Assembly: GCA_021613535.1 (NCBI GenBank)
Contig: CP075496.1
Location: 14,446,001 to 14,510,000 of the forward strand
DNA: 64,000 nucleotides
DNA from: Adineta vaga
Lineage: Eukaryota; Animalia; Rotifera
Direction: 5' to 3'
Shown here: positions 1 through 13,711 of the stretch, piece by piece
How the letters are laid out: each line of letters begins with the position of its first letter
Position numbering within the stretch: position 1 is the stretch's first letter
Notes under the pieces: model-generated
Told to the model about the DNA's origin: nothing
What the model saw: only the letters and a program-made list of their open reading frames with translations
The model's database searches: none
Made by a program: the position numbers and the translations under genes

Positions 1-2281
1 GGTTCAACGATAAATCTGAATAATTTACAAGGTGCTCGTTCATGTCATTCATCGGTTGGTTCATCATCTGGATGGAATCAACCTATATCACAATTATTAC
101 GTGATCGTCGTTTAAATATTATCGATTGTAATAATCATGTTAAATCAGCTGCATTATTATTTGGTTCAATGTGTGCACCAGATGCATTAAATCGACAATT
201 TAATCCCACAGGTGATAATCCATCAACTGTTTGTGATCTTTGTCAAGGTTCAACTGGAAATACATTTTGTACAAATCAAGATCCATATGCTGGAAATATA
301 GGTGCATTAATGTGTTTATATAATCGTGGTGATATTGCTTTTGTTCGACATACAGCATTAATTGAATTACAAACACGTGATCCATCATTTCCTATTGATC
401 AATTTCAATTATTATGTACAAATGGTCAACGTGTTCCTTGGCAACAATTTCAACAATGTAATTGGGTAAGGGAAATTTCTTTTAATTAAACAAAATATAA
501 ATTTGAAATTCTTATTTAAAAAAGGGTATTGCACCAGCTTCAGCAATTCTCGTATCACATCGTCGTCCAAAACAGTTACGTGATATTTATCGGAAACTTT
601 TATCTGATTCAGCAAGATTTTTTTCTGCACAAAATCCAACATTTCAATTATTTAATTCTCAACGTTTTCAAGGAAACGATTTACTTTTTTCTGATGCAGC
701 TATTGATTTTAATTTACTTGATGATAAAACATCCTATACAAATTATCTTGGTAAGATGATTCTTTTCGTGTCACATCTGTTACTAATCGATTATTAAACA
801 AAACATTTCTTTTTGTCCTTAACATACATCATTAGAAATGATTCTTTTTCTACTAGAAAATACGCATAAGTTCAGATTATTAAAAAGATTTTTCTTTTAG
901 GAGTTGAATATTTGGGAATGTTATCTCGTTTATATGAATGTCCATTACGTGTTTTACGTTGGTGTGTATTATCTGCTTATGAAAAAGAGAAATGTCGTTT
1001 AATGAAAAATGCATTTGCACGTAAAAATATTAAACCAGATGTTGATTGTATCTCAGGTAAAAATGCAATGGAATGTATGTCGAAAATTCGTCAAGGTATT
1101 GCTGATATAATAACACTTGATGCAGCTGATGCATATCGTGCACAACGTTATTATCAATTGGTTCCATTAGCTGCTGAAGATTATGGTGTTGATATGGAAT
1201 CGAATGTAATGTATGCTGTTGCTGTTGCTAAACGAACAGATTTAACAACTAATTTATGGAATTTACGTGGTAAAACAATTTGTTCAACAGCAATGGGAGA
1301 TTTAGCTGGTTGGCATGTTCCTGTTGATTATTTAACGGCGATTAAAGAAACTTATGTAACAAGTTGTCATATTAATAAAGTTGCTGGTTTGTTTAAATTA
1401 AATTTGAATTTCTTTTCTTTTTTTATAATAATTTCTTTTAAGGTGAATATTTTGGACGAAGTTGTGTTCCAGGTGCTCTTGATTATGATTATAATCGTTT
1501 AAAAACAAATCCACGTGCTTTATGTTTAAAATGTTACTCTAAAGGATCAGATTATTGTTCACGTTCACAACGTGAAATGTTTTATGGAAGTTCAGGAGCA
1601 TTTCGTTGTTTAACCGAAGGTAAAATAATAAATCAAATCAAATATTTAAATAAAATTTTTTTCTTTTTTTAAAAAAAAAGGAACTGGTGGTCATGTTGCA
1701 TTTGTAATGCATACAGCTGTTTTATCAAATACAGATGGAAGAAATGTTGATCAATGGGCACGTCCATTACGTGCAATTGATTTTGAATTATTATGTAAGA
1801 ATGGTACAAGAAAAACCATTGAAGCATATAAAAGTTGTCATATGCTTAAAGTTCCTGCACGAGTTTTAATGACTTCAAGTAAATAGATTTTGTTCTTTTC
1901 TCTATTTTCCTTTTATTTCTTTTTAGCTTTATTACCTGACTTAGATAAACTTTATATATGGAATATGCTTAATTTTGCTCAACAATTATTTGGATCTGAT
2001 ACGTAAGAATTGAAAAGAATTTCTTCAAAATGACTTCGTTTTTGATATTTTATAGAAATAAAGAATTTACAATGTTTGATTCATTTTATGAACATCCTGA
2101 TTTAATATTTCTTGATTCCACAGTGCAATTAACACGTTTAACGATGTCTCTTGATGATTATCTTGGTCAAGATATAATTCAATTGTTACTTCGTACTGAT
2201 CCACGAATGTGTAATTTAGCTTCATTTAATTCATTTTCATTTTCATTAATCATTTTCTTAATCATTTTTTATATTTTCTAA
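1..2281 (+). CDS. Melanotransferrin-like transferrin-family protein, 3' part (starts before window), probably GPI-anchored
   Basis: Transferrin lobe motifs (SCHS..GW, GDIAFV, LRWCVLSAYEKEKC, ITLDA, YAVAVAK, GAFRCL, FELLCKNG). Exons approx 1-465, 525-750, 901-1387, 1443-1619, 1681-1878, 1928-2002, 2056-2281 with GT-AG introns. Hydrophobic C-terminal tail. Confidence 0.9.
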
Positions 2282-2734
2282 ACAAAATTAAATCAAATTT
2301 AGATGAATCTCTTGTACAAAACAAAAACGCTTAGTTACATTCCACTTTGCTTTTTTTTGTGACAATAATTAAATAATCCGTCTCTCTCTCTCTCTTGTTC
2401 TTATTCAATTTGTAAATTAGTATTGATATGATATTTACTATTTGTTCAATTTCAAACATTCCGTCTATTGACTTTTGTGTCTTTTTTTATACTTAGAATT
2501 CTTTTTGGTTTGTTTTTGTTTTTGCACAAAATAATAATATCGAAACGTAATCTGCAATGCACATTGATAGAATTCCTTTCTATTCTAGATTTAAATGATA
2601 AAATAATCTGTTGAATCCATTGTTTGATGTTATTTGGAAAGGAAAGGACAAAACTTGATTTTTTTATTGATTATAAAAAGAAAAAAGAAAGATAAATTTT
2701 TCTTTTTGTATTTTAGATTAAAATGCAAAAGAAA

Positions 2735-3391
2735 TTAATTTGATGTTTTCTTTAAACATGGTGGAAATTTTGGAAAAGCTTTACATAAATGAGTTTGAAA
2801 TGAATGACATTCAATTGTTTCAGGTTTAATTTCACTTTTCTTTTTTCCACATGTTGAATATGTTGTTTTAAGATTATTTAGTAATTGTTGACATTTCTTT
2901 TCTTTTCCATGTCGAATACAATAATCACCACGTGTTCGTAATTCTTCGGGATCAAAAGGAACTTTCGCAAATTCTTCATTTGTTAATGTATCAAACGAAT
3001 TGATTTTAGATTTTTCCGTTGTTGTTGTTGCTGTTGTTATTATTGGTTTTGCTTTCATCGTTGTTGTTGTTGTTGTTGTTGTTGGAGTAAGTTTCTTTTT
3101 CGTTATTTTACGTTTTGTTGTAGAAACGACTGGTTTTGTTGTTTGACCACAAGTTGTTGGAAAGATACTACATAGTTTAATTTTAACTTCTTCACATAGA
3201 AGACGTTGTTGAGGAGTTGTTATTGATTGACATTTTTGAACTAACTGTAAAAATTTTGTTTTAATTTTTAAACATTCAGCATTTGAAGGAGCTCGTTGAC
3301 ATTGTTCTCTAAGTGGACGATATTTTTCAAAATCATTACTTAAACAAATCTTGATTGTTAAAAAGAAAATCAAATAAGAAAATCTTCTCAT
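2735..3391 (-). CDS. Secreted orphan protein: signal peptide, two six-cysteine domains, Thr/Lys-rich linker
   Basis: Intronless ORF from ATG 3391 (MRRFSYLIFFLTIKICLS); two copies of C-x8-C-x13-C-x11/13-C-x7-C-x6/8-C. Confidence 0.75.
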   Translation of the reverse strand: MRRFSYLIFFLTIKICLSNDFEKYRPLREQCQRAPSNAECLKIKTKFLQLVQKCQSITTPQQRLLCEEVKIKLCSIFPTTCGQTTKPVVSTTKRKITKKKLTPTTTTTTTTMKAKPIITTATTTTEKSKINSFDTLTNEEFAKVPFDPEELRTRGDYCIRHGKEKKCQQLLNNLKTTYSTCGKKKSEIKPETIECHSFQTHLCKAFPKFPPCLKKTSN

Positions 3392-3625
3392 TGTAAAATC
3401 CAAATAAATGAAATGATCTGGATTTGATAGTTTCTTTTTCTATTAAAAGATAATTTATCTAATCATTTTCGATCAAATAATGAAATTTGATTCGTTTGAA
3501 AAGAAAAACCTAAAAATAAAGATTAGAAATATATTTTAGATAAAATACAAAAAAAAGAAGAAGAGAATCTCACTTTCGATACAAAATTTCATGTTAAATT
3601 TTCTGAAATCTTATTTCTTTTATTG

Positions 3626-5773
3626 ATGACATTAACTTCATCAAGTAAATTTCTTTCAATTGATATGAACAAATCCACTGAAAATCAATTAAAAAAAAGT
3701 GAAATTTTTTACATACCAAAACGTGTTATTGTTGCCATATTAACATCACTTGGTTTACTTATTTCAACTGTTATTCAAACAAATTTTGCAATTACAAATT
3801 CATTAATTCTTAATCCACATGATTCAAAAGATATTCCAATTGATGACGATCAACCAATAAATACAGTTTGAACGAACAATTTCTTTTTATTTCGAAAATA
3901 AAATCAATTTTTTCTTTTTAGACATTAAAAGTCGCATGGACATCGGTTCAATTAGGTTATCTTAATTCCATATTTTATGTTGGATATGTTTTATCACATA
4001 TGCCAGCAGGTTTTCTTGTTCATAAATTTTCAGCGATAAAGTAAAAATTTCTTTATTTTACAAAAATAAAAATCTCAATGTTTTGTTTTTTCTTTTAGAA
4101 TATTTTTATTTCCATTATTAATTTTATTTATTTTAAATTTACTTATGCCATTAACGATTAGTACAGTAACATCAGCATATAGAATTAATTATTATCTAAC
4201 TGCTCTTGTAAGATTAATTCAAGGAATTTGTGCTGTATGTGAAAGAAAAAAAATGATCATATGAAAAAATCAATTTATGTTTATGATATTTAAGGGCTGT
4301 GCATTTCCATCATCACATGGTATTGTGGCGAATTGGTGTCCACCAAGTGAACGTGGAAGAATGGGTGGATTTATTTATTCAGGTAAAAGAAAACGATTTT
4401 TCAATTAAATTATTGATAAAAGAGAGTATATCTTTTTGTTCTTTTTCAAAGGTCTTTATGCAGGTCCAGTTGTTGGATTTTTCGTTGGTGGTATACTTGC
4501 AAAATATTCAGGACATTATTCAATTTATTATGCATCAGGTAAACATCATATTCAAATCATTGAATTTATCTCATATAATTTCTTTTTCATATCCTTTCTT
4601 TGCAAAGCTGATACTTTGGTGGGTTTAATGTGCCTTTTTTTTCATAATTATGTGATGTTGTATTTAATGCTTAATTGACTTAGCTATTAATTAATTGATA
4701 TTTGTAATGACATTTATCTTTATCTTTTTTGTAGCTATTCTTGGTTTGATTTGGTCATTAGCATTCGTATTTTTAATGTATGATAAACCAAGTGAACATC
4801 CAACAATATCCGAAGATGAACTTATTTATATTGAAAAAAGTATTGCTGAAGTGAAATCATTATTTGATGAAAATGAAGTTAATGAAATGAGTAAAATTCC
4901 ATGGAAATTTATTTTAATGTCATTACCAGTTTGGGCAATCTGTTGTGCACATTTTGCACGTGGTTGGACATTTTATTTATTATTAACAAATCAACCAGCT
5001 TTTTTAAATGCATTTGGATTTGGTGTTACAGAAAATGGAACACTTGGATCATTACCACATATTATGAAAGTTCTTATTGCTTTATTAAGTGGATTTATTG
5101 CTGATTATATGCGTTTAAATCTATTATGGTCAACAACAAATGTTAGAAAAATCATGACGTGTACTGGTACGAATAATATTCGAGACTATTTTTACATCAA
5201 TTGATGTTTGTTTTTTCATCTGACTAGGTTATATTATTGAAGGAACTTGTCTTTTGGTGATGTGTCATGTAACTAATCCATATCTTGGAATAGGATTACT
5301 TACGGTTGGTGTTGGTTCAAGTGGTTTAATGGTATCTGGTTGGCATTTAAATCATCAAGATTTAGCTCCACGTTATGCGTCTGTCTTAGCTGGTTTTACA
5401 GCTGTTATTGGTACATCAGCTGGAATTCTTAGTCCTATTGTTGCTGGTCTTTTAACAAAGGAACAGGTTCGTCATTTCAACTTGAACTTTTTTCCAAAAC
5501 AATTTTCTATCGATTTAGAATTTAATTGGATGGCGTCATGTATTTACGATTGCATCTTTTGTTCTTTTCATTGCTTCATTATTTTATATGATATTTGCAT
5601 CTGGTGAATTGCAATCATGGGCAACAGGAACACCACGTGAACAAAAATTACGATTGAATTCTGAAAAATTACCACCTTTACTTGGTTCATTGAAACATAA
5701 TATTCAAGATGGAATTCATTCAAAACAACAAGAGAAAGTATATCAACAATCAGTTGTCAATGGTGATCATTAG
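3626..5773 (+). CDS. SLC17 family MFS anion transporter (VGLUT/sialin-like), multi-exon
   Basis: IPKR start, WCPPSERGR, YDKPSEHPTISEDELIYIE, IPWKFILMSLPVWAI, TTNVRKIM, NHQDLAPRYAS, FASGELQSWA; short GT-AG introns. Confidence 0.9.
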
Positions 5774-6126
5774 AAAAGTCGTTCAACCGGTGATTTGGTG
5801 ATAATTTTAATTTGAGTATTTTTTTTTCTATTTTGGTTATCGTCGAACGAAGTTTTTCTTTTCATTTGTCGAATGTTTAAGTGATGGGATTATGACAATC
5901 AAATGTTCATTTATTTATTTATGGAAATAAAAAATCTTGAGGGTTATATCAATTCAATTTCTCTTTTTTTCCGAATTATAGAACAAAAAACTTAAATAGA
6001 TTTGTACATCTTTATTCTCGATATGTTACATAGATAAAATATATACGAAGTCTTTTTCTTTTTGATTTAAAATATCTATTTTTGAAGATCAAAAGAAAAG
6101 AAAAGAAAAAAATAACAAATAAAATG

Positions 6127-6368
6127 TCAAGAAGAATTAATATTTCCAGTTACTGTTTTGTAAATGATTCTTAAATATGTTTTTAAAGTTCAAGATTAAT
6201 TTGATATGTATTTGTAAAATTGAATGGAATATCATTTGTTTGTAAATGATATGTAATATATTCTAATACTGTTTCACAAAATTTCCATTGATAAAGATTT
6301 TTCGAAAAGAAATTTGCACAAACTATATCTTCGGAAGTAAAATCATATAAAAATTTCAATGCTTCATT
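6127..6368 (-). pseudogene. Possible decayed terminal exon of an unknown gene
   Basis: Minus-strand frame NEALKFLYDFTSEDIVCANFFSKNLYQWKFCETVLEYITYHL..INLEL*KHI*ESF..NSS* after an AG acceptor; coding-like codon usage, two internal stops. Confidence 0.3.
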
Positions 6369-6597
6369 CTATAAATATTCAAATAAATGATAAAAGAAAA
6401 TTCTTACATTTGATAGAAATATGCATTTACTAATTTGAAATCTTTCATAAGAAAATGTTCAATAAAATGTGTTGGATATTCTGAACGTAGGTAAAGCTAG
6501 CACCATATTCGAGTATTTCTTGCGCGGATTAGCCTGAGAACTTGTGCTATGTCTAAGAATGGTTGTGTTAAATTCAGAATTTAATTCTCTATCAAAT

Positions 6598-6664
6598 GAT
6601 GTGGTTTTTGAAGAGGATCACCGAAAGAAAAAAATCGTCACACCCACCTACCCTCACCCTCATT
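6598..6664. repeat. Telomere-hexamer mini-element, degenerate copy
   Basis: CACACCCACCTACCCTCACCCTCA arm at 6639-6662; left arm degraded. Confidence 0.5.
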
Positions 6665-7379
6665 GAAAAAAAACAAATATGAGTAAAGAACTTTTATTGC
6701 ATCCTTAATAATAAATATTTTAACATTACATAGAAAAGGATCAAAATGAATTTTAACTTTATTATCTTGTTCATCAACACCTAAAATTTTAATCAATATA
6801 AAGAAACACGAGAAAATCGAAATATTCATACTTTCAGTATATAAACAACAATGATTAGCATTTAATTTTGATTTGGAATATGGCAGAAATACTCGAATTA
6901 ATTCATGTAATTTGATATTTGCTGATGTTACATCGTAAAATGATAATACATCAAGAAAGTTAAGCAAAAGTAGGACAATCTATAAGAATATTAAAACGAA
7001 ACTAAATTAACAATAAAAATTCCAATTGAATGAATTTACAAGACGATTATGAAATAGTCGTCGAAGATTTTTCTTTCGGAAGTATCTTATTTTTCATACC
7101 TGAATAAATCCTTTGCACAAAATAACAAAAACAAAAAAAGCAAAGCAAACGAAACTAACAGATGTCATGTTAGATAATAACTGTAAAACTGAAGTGTGAA
7201 CAACAATCACATATTCTGTCTACATTTAGTAATATTTGTTTCAATGATGATATTATCAAACGGTTGAACATGCTAAATTGGCGATAATTTTCATGTAAAG
7301 CTATATAATTACTTTGTGACTGGATTAATAAGACAAATATTTAGTTACTCGTAGTATTTATATTCAAGAAAACATGTCG

Positions 7380-7598
7380 TTGTCCCCTCGACTGTAGGTA
7401 GGGTCTTATGAAAAAAATAGTTTGTCTGTCTGTCTGTGTCAAGGTCAAAGGTCAAGGGTGAAAAAGATATCAGCGAAGGCACGTCAGAAATCATGACTAC
7501 GGGTATGAGCCTGGGTGTTGGGTGAGATTGATTTCACAGAAAAAAGCCTCTCCTCCACAATCGAGGGTTAAGTGACTCGGCACGACGAGCGTTACTTG
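7380..7598 (+). mobile_element. Helentron-associated (HINE/DINE-1-like) non-autonomous element
   Basis: Imperfect subterminal IR TGTCCCCTCGACTGT / ACAATCGAGGGTTA, (GTCT)n microsatellite at ~7423-7440, AAGGTCAAAGGTCAAGG motif, 3' hairpin GTGACTCG..CGAGCGTTAC followed by TTG. Confidence 0.6.
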
Positions 7599-8338
7599 GG
7601 CTTATGAGTATCATGTATTGTATGTCTAGAATAACTGAGAGTCTCTTGCTCGTTATAAGAAAAAGATGAAATAGAAAGATTGATTGTCTTGAAGATTAAT
7701 TAGTTGAAGTACATACATTCTCAATTATGAAAGAAAAAAGAACTCAATAATGGAAACATTGTTTTTAGTTTTTTAATAATTGATGAGTAAAACTTTGATA
7801 AAAATTTTGATTTTTTGCTATATTTTAAATAGAATATCTTCTGAATAGGAGCTTTCATAACATTGAAACTTAAAAATAGTACTTTTTTAGTAATTTCTTG
7901 CATGAGTATGATCCTATTAAAAAGAATACAAAATGTCGAGGATGTACCATGCAAATCATAAATTCCGTCTTGACATATAAGTACGTCGAGAAAAACAAAA
8001 AAATTACATGAGATTTTTCTACATCATGATTAGTCAAACAGTAATTCCATCTAAAGTTCATAATCATTTGCGCTTACTCATTTTTTTAAAGTACGGAAAG
8101 ACAATCCAATCATTTATAAATCTCTGTTAACTTATTGTTTTCATAGTACAAGATCTGAGTACTGTTCCTTTTTTTATTCACTTCTGGAAAAAGTTTCTTT
8201 TTCAATTTTGTTTATTAGCTGCTGCTATTATTTGCCTCATTATCATTAATCCATATTAGTTTTTCTATTTTGTAAAATAACTAGATCTCATTTTTTATTT
8301 TCATTTTGTTTTTTTTCTTAAATCACTCACTTGAAACC

Positions 8339-9316
8339 ATGGCAGTCACCAGTCTACCTATCATCCAACAAGAAATGATTCGATATGGAATGAGCCTTTA
8401 TTTCGGACTAGGTCTTCTGGGTAATATTTTCAGTTGTATTATGTTTACTCGTAAACCGTATCGTCCTACAGCCAGTTCGGTTTATCTTCTTTCTCTCTCC
8501 GTTTGTTCTATAATGTACTTGATTTGGTCACTCTTCCCATATTTATATTCACTTGATCATATTGATCCCCAAAAACAATCTATACCATATTGTAAAATAA
8601 GATTTTATGGCACTCATCTACTTGGTCAAAGTATTCGATATAGTATCGTACTTGCTTGTATAGATCGATTTTTCTCTACAAGAACTAGTATACGTTTGCG
8701 TTCATTTTCATCAGTTTCAATTGCAAAAAAACTTGTCTTGATTATGATTTTCGGATGGTTGATTATTGGTATCCATATACTTATTTTCATGGATATTAGA
8801 AGCAATACTTGTGGAATGTTTGATACATATAAATTATTCTATGCAGCTTATCAGATTACATTTATTAGTGTTGTACCACCAGTATTAATGAGTATCTTCA
8901 GTATTCTCACTATTCGTAGCCTTCATCAACGCCATGACGGTCAAATACATATTAGACAAAGAGATCGACAATTAATGCGTGTACTAATTGTTGAAGTTCT
9001 GATCAATGTTTCTACATCAATTCCTATTTCATGTAATTTTGCTTACAATGCAGCAACACTTCATGTTGCCAATAAAACTCCACTACGATTAGAAATCGAA
9101 GCATTCGTTGGATTCATCACACAAAATCTAATTTATCTTATTAGTTTCGTTCCTTTTTATATATTTTTGATAACATCAAAACCATTTCGAAACGAGTTCT
9201 TCAGCGTATTCATCAAGATTTCGGAAAAGTATATACGAAGACGTGCTCGAATCGACCCATTTATTGAACAAAATATCATAGGAACGAACACTCATGCAAT
9301 GTTACGTAATAAATAA
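8339..9316 (+). CDS. Orphan rhodopsin-class GPCR, intronless
   Basis: Seven hydrophobic segments, GLLGN in TM1, CIDRF (DRY variant), PFYIF..SKPFR in TM7/helix 8; ATG at 8339. Confidence 0.88.
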   Translation: MAVTSLPIIQQEMIRYGMSLYFGLGLLGNIFSCIMFTRKPYRPTASSVYLLSLSVCSIMYLIWSLFPYLYSLDHIDPQKQSIPYCKIRFYGTHLLGQSIRYSIVLACIDRFFSTRTSIRLRSFSSVSIAKKLVLIMIFGWLIIGIHILIFMDIRSNTCGMFDTYKLFYAAYQITFISVVPPVLMSIFSILTIRSLHQRHDGQIHIRQRDRQLMRVLIVEVLINVSTSIPISCNFAYNAATLHVANKTPLRLEIEAFVGFITQNLIYLISFVPFYIFLITSKPFRNEFFSVFIKISEKYIRRRARIDPFIEQNIIGTNTHAMLRNK

Positions 9317-9961
9317 TAACAGAAGACATCTGAACTATATCTATCGAACTCGAACTAATTTCCCTATATGATGCTGGAATAAATCTGCTTGAATGACATT
9401 CATATATTTCTTTAATTGTTTTACCATCGCAGAAATAGATGATTGTATACTATATATGTAACGTTAGTTTCTGCTATAGCGTTCAAAATATTTTTGATTT
9501 AAAAGGATTTCTCTCTTTATTTTCAAACAGAAAATAATAAATATAATTTTATTGTAAGCAGAGTCATATATGTGCAGAATTTTGAATTATAATGAATGGA
9601 AACTAAAATAAAACTATTTCTATTCTATGGAAAAACTCTAGCGCAAGTTTCGTGATTTATTTTCGAACTGATGTATCAAATAGTTGAATGTGGATTTATA
9701 TCCGAATTGGAATTAGGCAATGAATGTTAAAGAAATGAATAAGCTAATTGATGATTAGGACTGACTGATAAAAATGAATTGATTGAAATTAAATCTCCTT
9801 TTCATCGTTTTAATGTTTCAAATTCTTTATTTGACATAAATTGATCTCGATATACAACTATATGAGTTGAACATTGATTCGTTTTTAATTGATTTTTAAG
9901 ATTCTGAATATTAAAACGAAATAAAAAACTTCGATCAATATTTTGTTGACGAAATGCTGTA

Positions 9962-10015
9962 TTGAGGGTGTGGGTGTGGGAATCGTTCCTCTACAATCAA
10001 ACCCTCACCCTCAAG
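9962..10015. repeat. Telomere-hexamer inverted mini-element
   Basis: TTGAGGGTGTGGGTGTGGG - ~20 nt spacer - ACCCTCACCCTCAAG. Confidence 0.75.
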
Positions 10016-10115
10016 TTTTTAGAAACTTCTGGAATACTTAAATTATTACCCGACCTATAGACCACATGAGATCATTAAGTAATGTTATAAAGATATGTAA
10101 TTAAAAGAATTTATT

Positions 10116-13033
10116 TTAAAATTTTGATTTAGAAATCCAATTTTCATGATATATAAGAGCTTCATTTCTGTTTTCATCGTCATCTTCTGTTATTTCGGTT
10201 AATGTTTGTACTGCAACATTATGTGTTCTATGATTTATATTTATCTCTTTTAATTTGTTTGAATTTAACGATTTATTTGTTGTTTTATTAAAGAAATACT
10301 TTGATAGTAGTTTAATCAAAGGTAAAATAGCCAATTTAAATATAATAAATAAAAGACCAAATAAATCCAAACATAACACTAAAATAAAAAGATAAAAATT
10401 TTAAATTTTCTAAGAATCTTTTAATAAATCTCTTACTAGAAAAAAGAATTGTATTAAAAGTAATTTCATATGTTCGAGCTATAGGTTCTTGAGTGTTCTT
10501 CATATAGAATTCTGATTCAGTTATATCCACAATAAGAGTCATTTTCGTATGTAAATAACGATAAAAATCTCCTTTTTGAGAAAAGAGTAAATTATCTGTT
10601 AAAGTATTTGTTGTAAGAGTAGGTAACCAAAGACCTGTATACATAACATCATTCAAGAAAATCATACTAGCTGTTCGATTAACTGCTTTAGTCATTTTAA
10701 CGTTTATTGTTGGATTAAATGTCAAAGTTTCATTTTCAGTATAAAACAATTTACAATAATCCATATTCTGAACAATATAAATACCATTATCCATTCTAAT
10801 TGATGGTGCTGAAAAACATAGTCGAAGTCCCCCAACATGATGTGGACCTATTAAATCAAATTCCATTGTAACAATATGTTGTGGAAGAATAGTTGAAATA
10901 TAAAGAATACTATGATTTGAATCACAAATGAAATTTTTTGATGGAATATTTAATCCATGACCTGTATTCTGTTGCATTGAGAGATCAGAACATGAAAAAG
11001 CTGTACTAATAAATTGAACAGTTAAAGTAATAATTTGATTATTAAGTAAATTCAAAATAGGTTTTTCTTGATATGTACTTGTTGAAAGTAATTGTAATGA
11101 ACTTGTAAATTTCGCATTAAATAATGTTCCATCACATAAAACACTTGTTCGTTCATTTAAAGAAGTTTCTTCAATAGGATAAAGTGAAGCAAATGAAATA
11201 CTAAATTTACATACAAAAATAATAAGAACGAAAATAGAAAGAGAAATAAGTCCACCAAACCAATATTCTCCTTCACTAATTAAATCAATATGATAAAAGA
11301 ATTTCAATATTATTGATCGGTGATGTTGAGATTTGAAATATGAAAAAATAAGTTTACTTAGAATAAATATTATCAAGAAAACCAGAATTGTTAAACATGA
11401 CCAAAATATCGGTGAGAGAAAAATACATTCTATAGTTAAATCAGGAAATTTGAAAATATTATGTAAAAGTAAATCATCAAATTGTGTTGATTGTGGAGAT
11501 TCGGGATAAGAATTTGTTTGATCGTAACTTCCTATTGATATTATATCAATTTCATTTATTGCACCAAGAAAACATAAAGATTTATTTTTTAAAGAACATT
11601 TATCACACATCAATCCAGAACTTCCATTATTTTTCCATTGTGCTGGACAAATTTTACAAGGTCCAAAACTTAATTTTTTCTGATAAGTACCAGAAATACA
11701 TGGTTTTATCCGATAAAATGATATTTCGGTGTTTGTGTATTTCTCAATCATGCTACTGCAATAACCTGGAGGACTGACAGGAACAAGAAGAGCTGTGTGA
11801 GGATCAAGTACAAGACCGAGACTATTAGAACTCCACGAAACAAAATTAACTATACGATAAGGTAATGGTAAAAGATACATTTGTTCAATTGGTTGTTGAT
11901 TATTAGGAAATACAAAGATGGGCTTTGAACTTATTGTCAAGTTATTAATTGAATAAATCTAATAAATAAAAAAACAATTTCATATATGAAAATTCTATAG
12001 AATAATTAGATTTTCTATCAATTTTAATACTCACTTGTACTTGAGACGAAGACCAAGGTAAAGTTGGTGTTGATGGTAGAAGTACAGCATATGTATTATT
12101 ATCTAGTATTGCAACTGATTTTCCAAAAAAGATTCCTTTTTTAAATGAAATATGTTTATGAATAATAATTGGAGATTCGGAATTTTCTCGAAAAGATAAA
12201 ATAAAGACCATGTCTAAAAATGGAATACCTACAATAATCATCTTTGATTCTTCATGTAAAGACATTGATAACATTGTATATTGTTTTTGATGGAAAAAAT
12301 CTTGATTTGTTTGATTAGTAGGAAGTTTTATCATCGGTAATTGTATTGGAATAGATAGATTAGTTAAAATAACAGTAAACAAATAAGGAGTTGATTCTTC
12401 AGATTCTACTGCGCGATAAGCGAGTAAATAAAGATGATGATCTTCTGTAACAACAGTTGCTTGAGCAAATATATATTCACCTGGATCCCATAGAGCGGTA
12501 TTAGAATAATATATCGTTACATTTAAATTAATATCCAAAATAAAAGTATCAGTTGATTGTACAACATATGTATATGTACTTGAAGGATCTATACCAATAA
12601 CTAAACTTTTCACACCATATGATGTTGCACATTTTCTCCATAATGTTTGACCTGATTGAACATTATTATTGACACCTACGAACAATACTATCAAATAAAA
12701 GATACGACTTTTATCTTCTCCTACTAATGAGAAGATTGATGAGTTCTTATTTTGTTTAACACCTGCGACAATGTTGTGGATATAGATGAGAGATACTTGT
12801 AGTTTATTATCCAGAAAAATATTGTTATAGAATAAAAAATCTGTCTTTGAATTGGATGAAAATGGATTTCCAATCAAAATAAGTCTTTGAAGATAATTAT
12901 CAACTAAAATAGCCGTATGTTCATTGAATGCCAAATAACTTCCAAATGTTTCATAATTGTCTTCATTAAATATTTGTTCATTTGTTCGATAGATATTTAG
13001 TAACGTCAGTGAAACGATCAAAATAAAGTACAT
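10116..13033 (-). CDS. Large membrane protein: signal peptide, beta-rich ectodomain, TNFR/ephrin-receptor-like Cys-rich module, three TM segments
   Basis: Exons 13033-12035, 11958-10437, 10378-10116 join three ORF-track ORFs in frame; PCISGTYQ..GPCKICP..CDKC module. Confidence 0.8.
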
Positions 13034-13653
13034 TAGTGAAATGAGCTTTAGATTTTCGTATTACTTACACCAATATATACCAAAACTCGAATGAGTATAT
13101 AATAGACGAATATAAATATGTTTTGTCTTAAAAGTATTTTAAAAGATAAACATTAGAAATCTGATATCTTTTTCTTTTCATACGTTGACTATGACGAATT
13201 GTGCTGTTCGTAATATCAATAAACGTTCTATTCATCTATTAACTTAATACTTATTCTCAAGCCATTAAATCATAGATTCATACTAGAAATATTTTTTAGA
13301 AAATGCTATTGAATATCATCAGACATATTTTCAGCAATTAAAGATATCGTTTTATAAAACAGAGAATCTTTGTTTCGTAATTACATATTTCATTTTTATT
13401 GATTATTTTGACGAATAGAATTTAAGAACGACTTTAATATTTTACGTCAATGATAAATGATATGTTATACTAATCATTATAATGTCACTCGCAATTATAT
13501 GTCATTATGTATGTAGGGATACGTGTGTAATTTTATACTTTTCGATAAATATTCTTATATCTATCGCATTGAAATACTATAACCATAACAAACATTTCAT
13601 CTATTTTTAGTTTGATTTCTTTCTCTGGAATCAATATATATATATATAAAGAT

Positions 13654-13711
13654 TTTGCGGATGGGTGTGGCTATAGGAGAAGACATCAACACCCACACTC
13701 ACACCCTCAAG
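13654..13711. repeat. Telomere-hexamer inverted mini-element
   Basis: GGATGGGTGTGG - spacer - ACACCCACACTCACACCCTCAAG. Confidence 0.7.
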
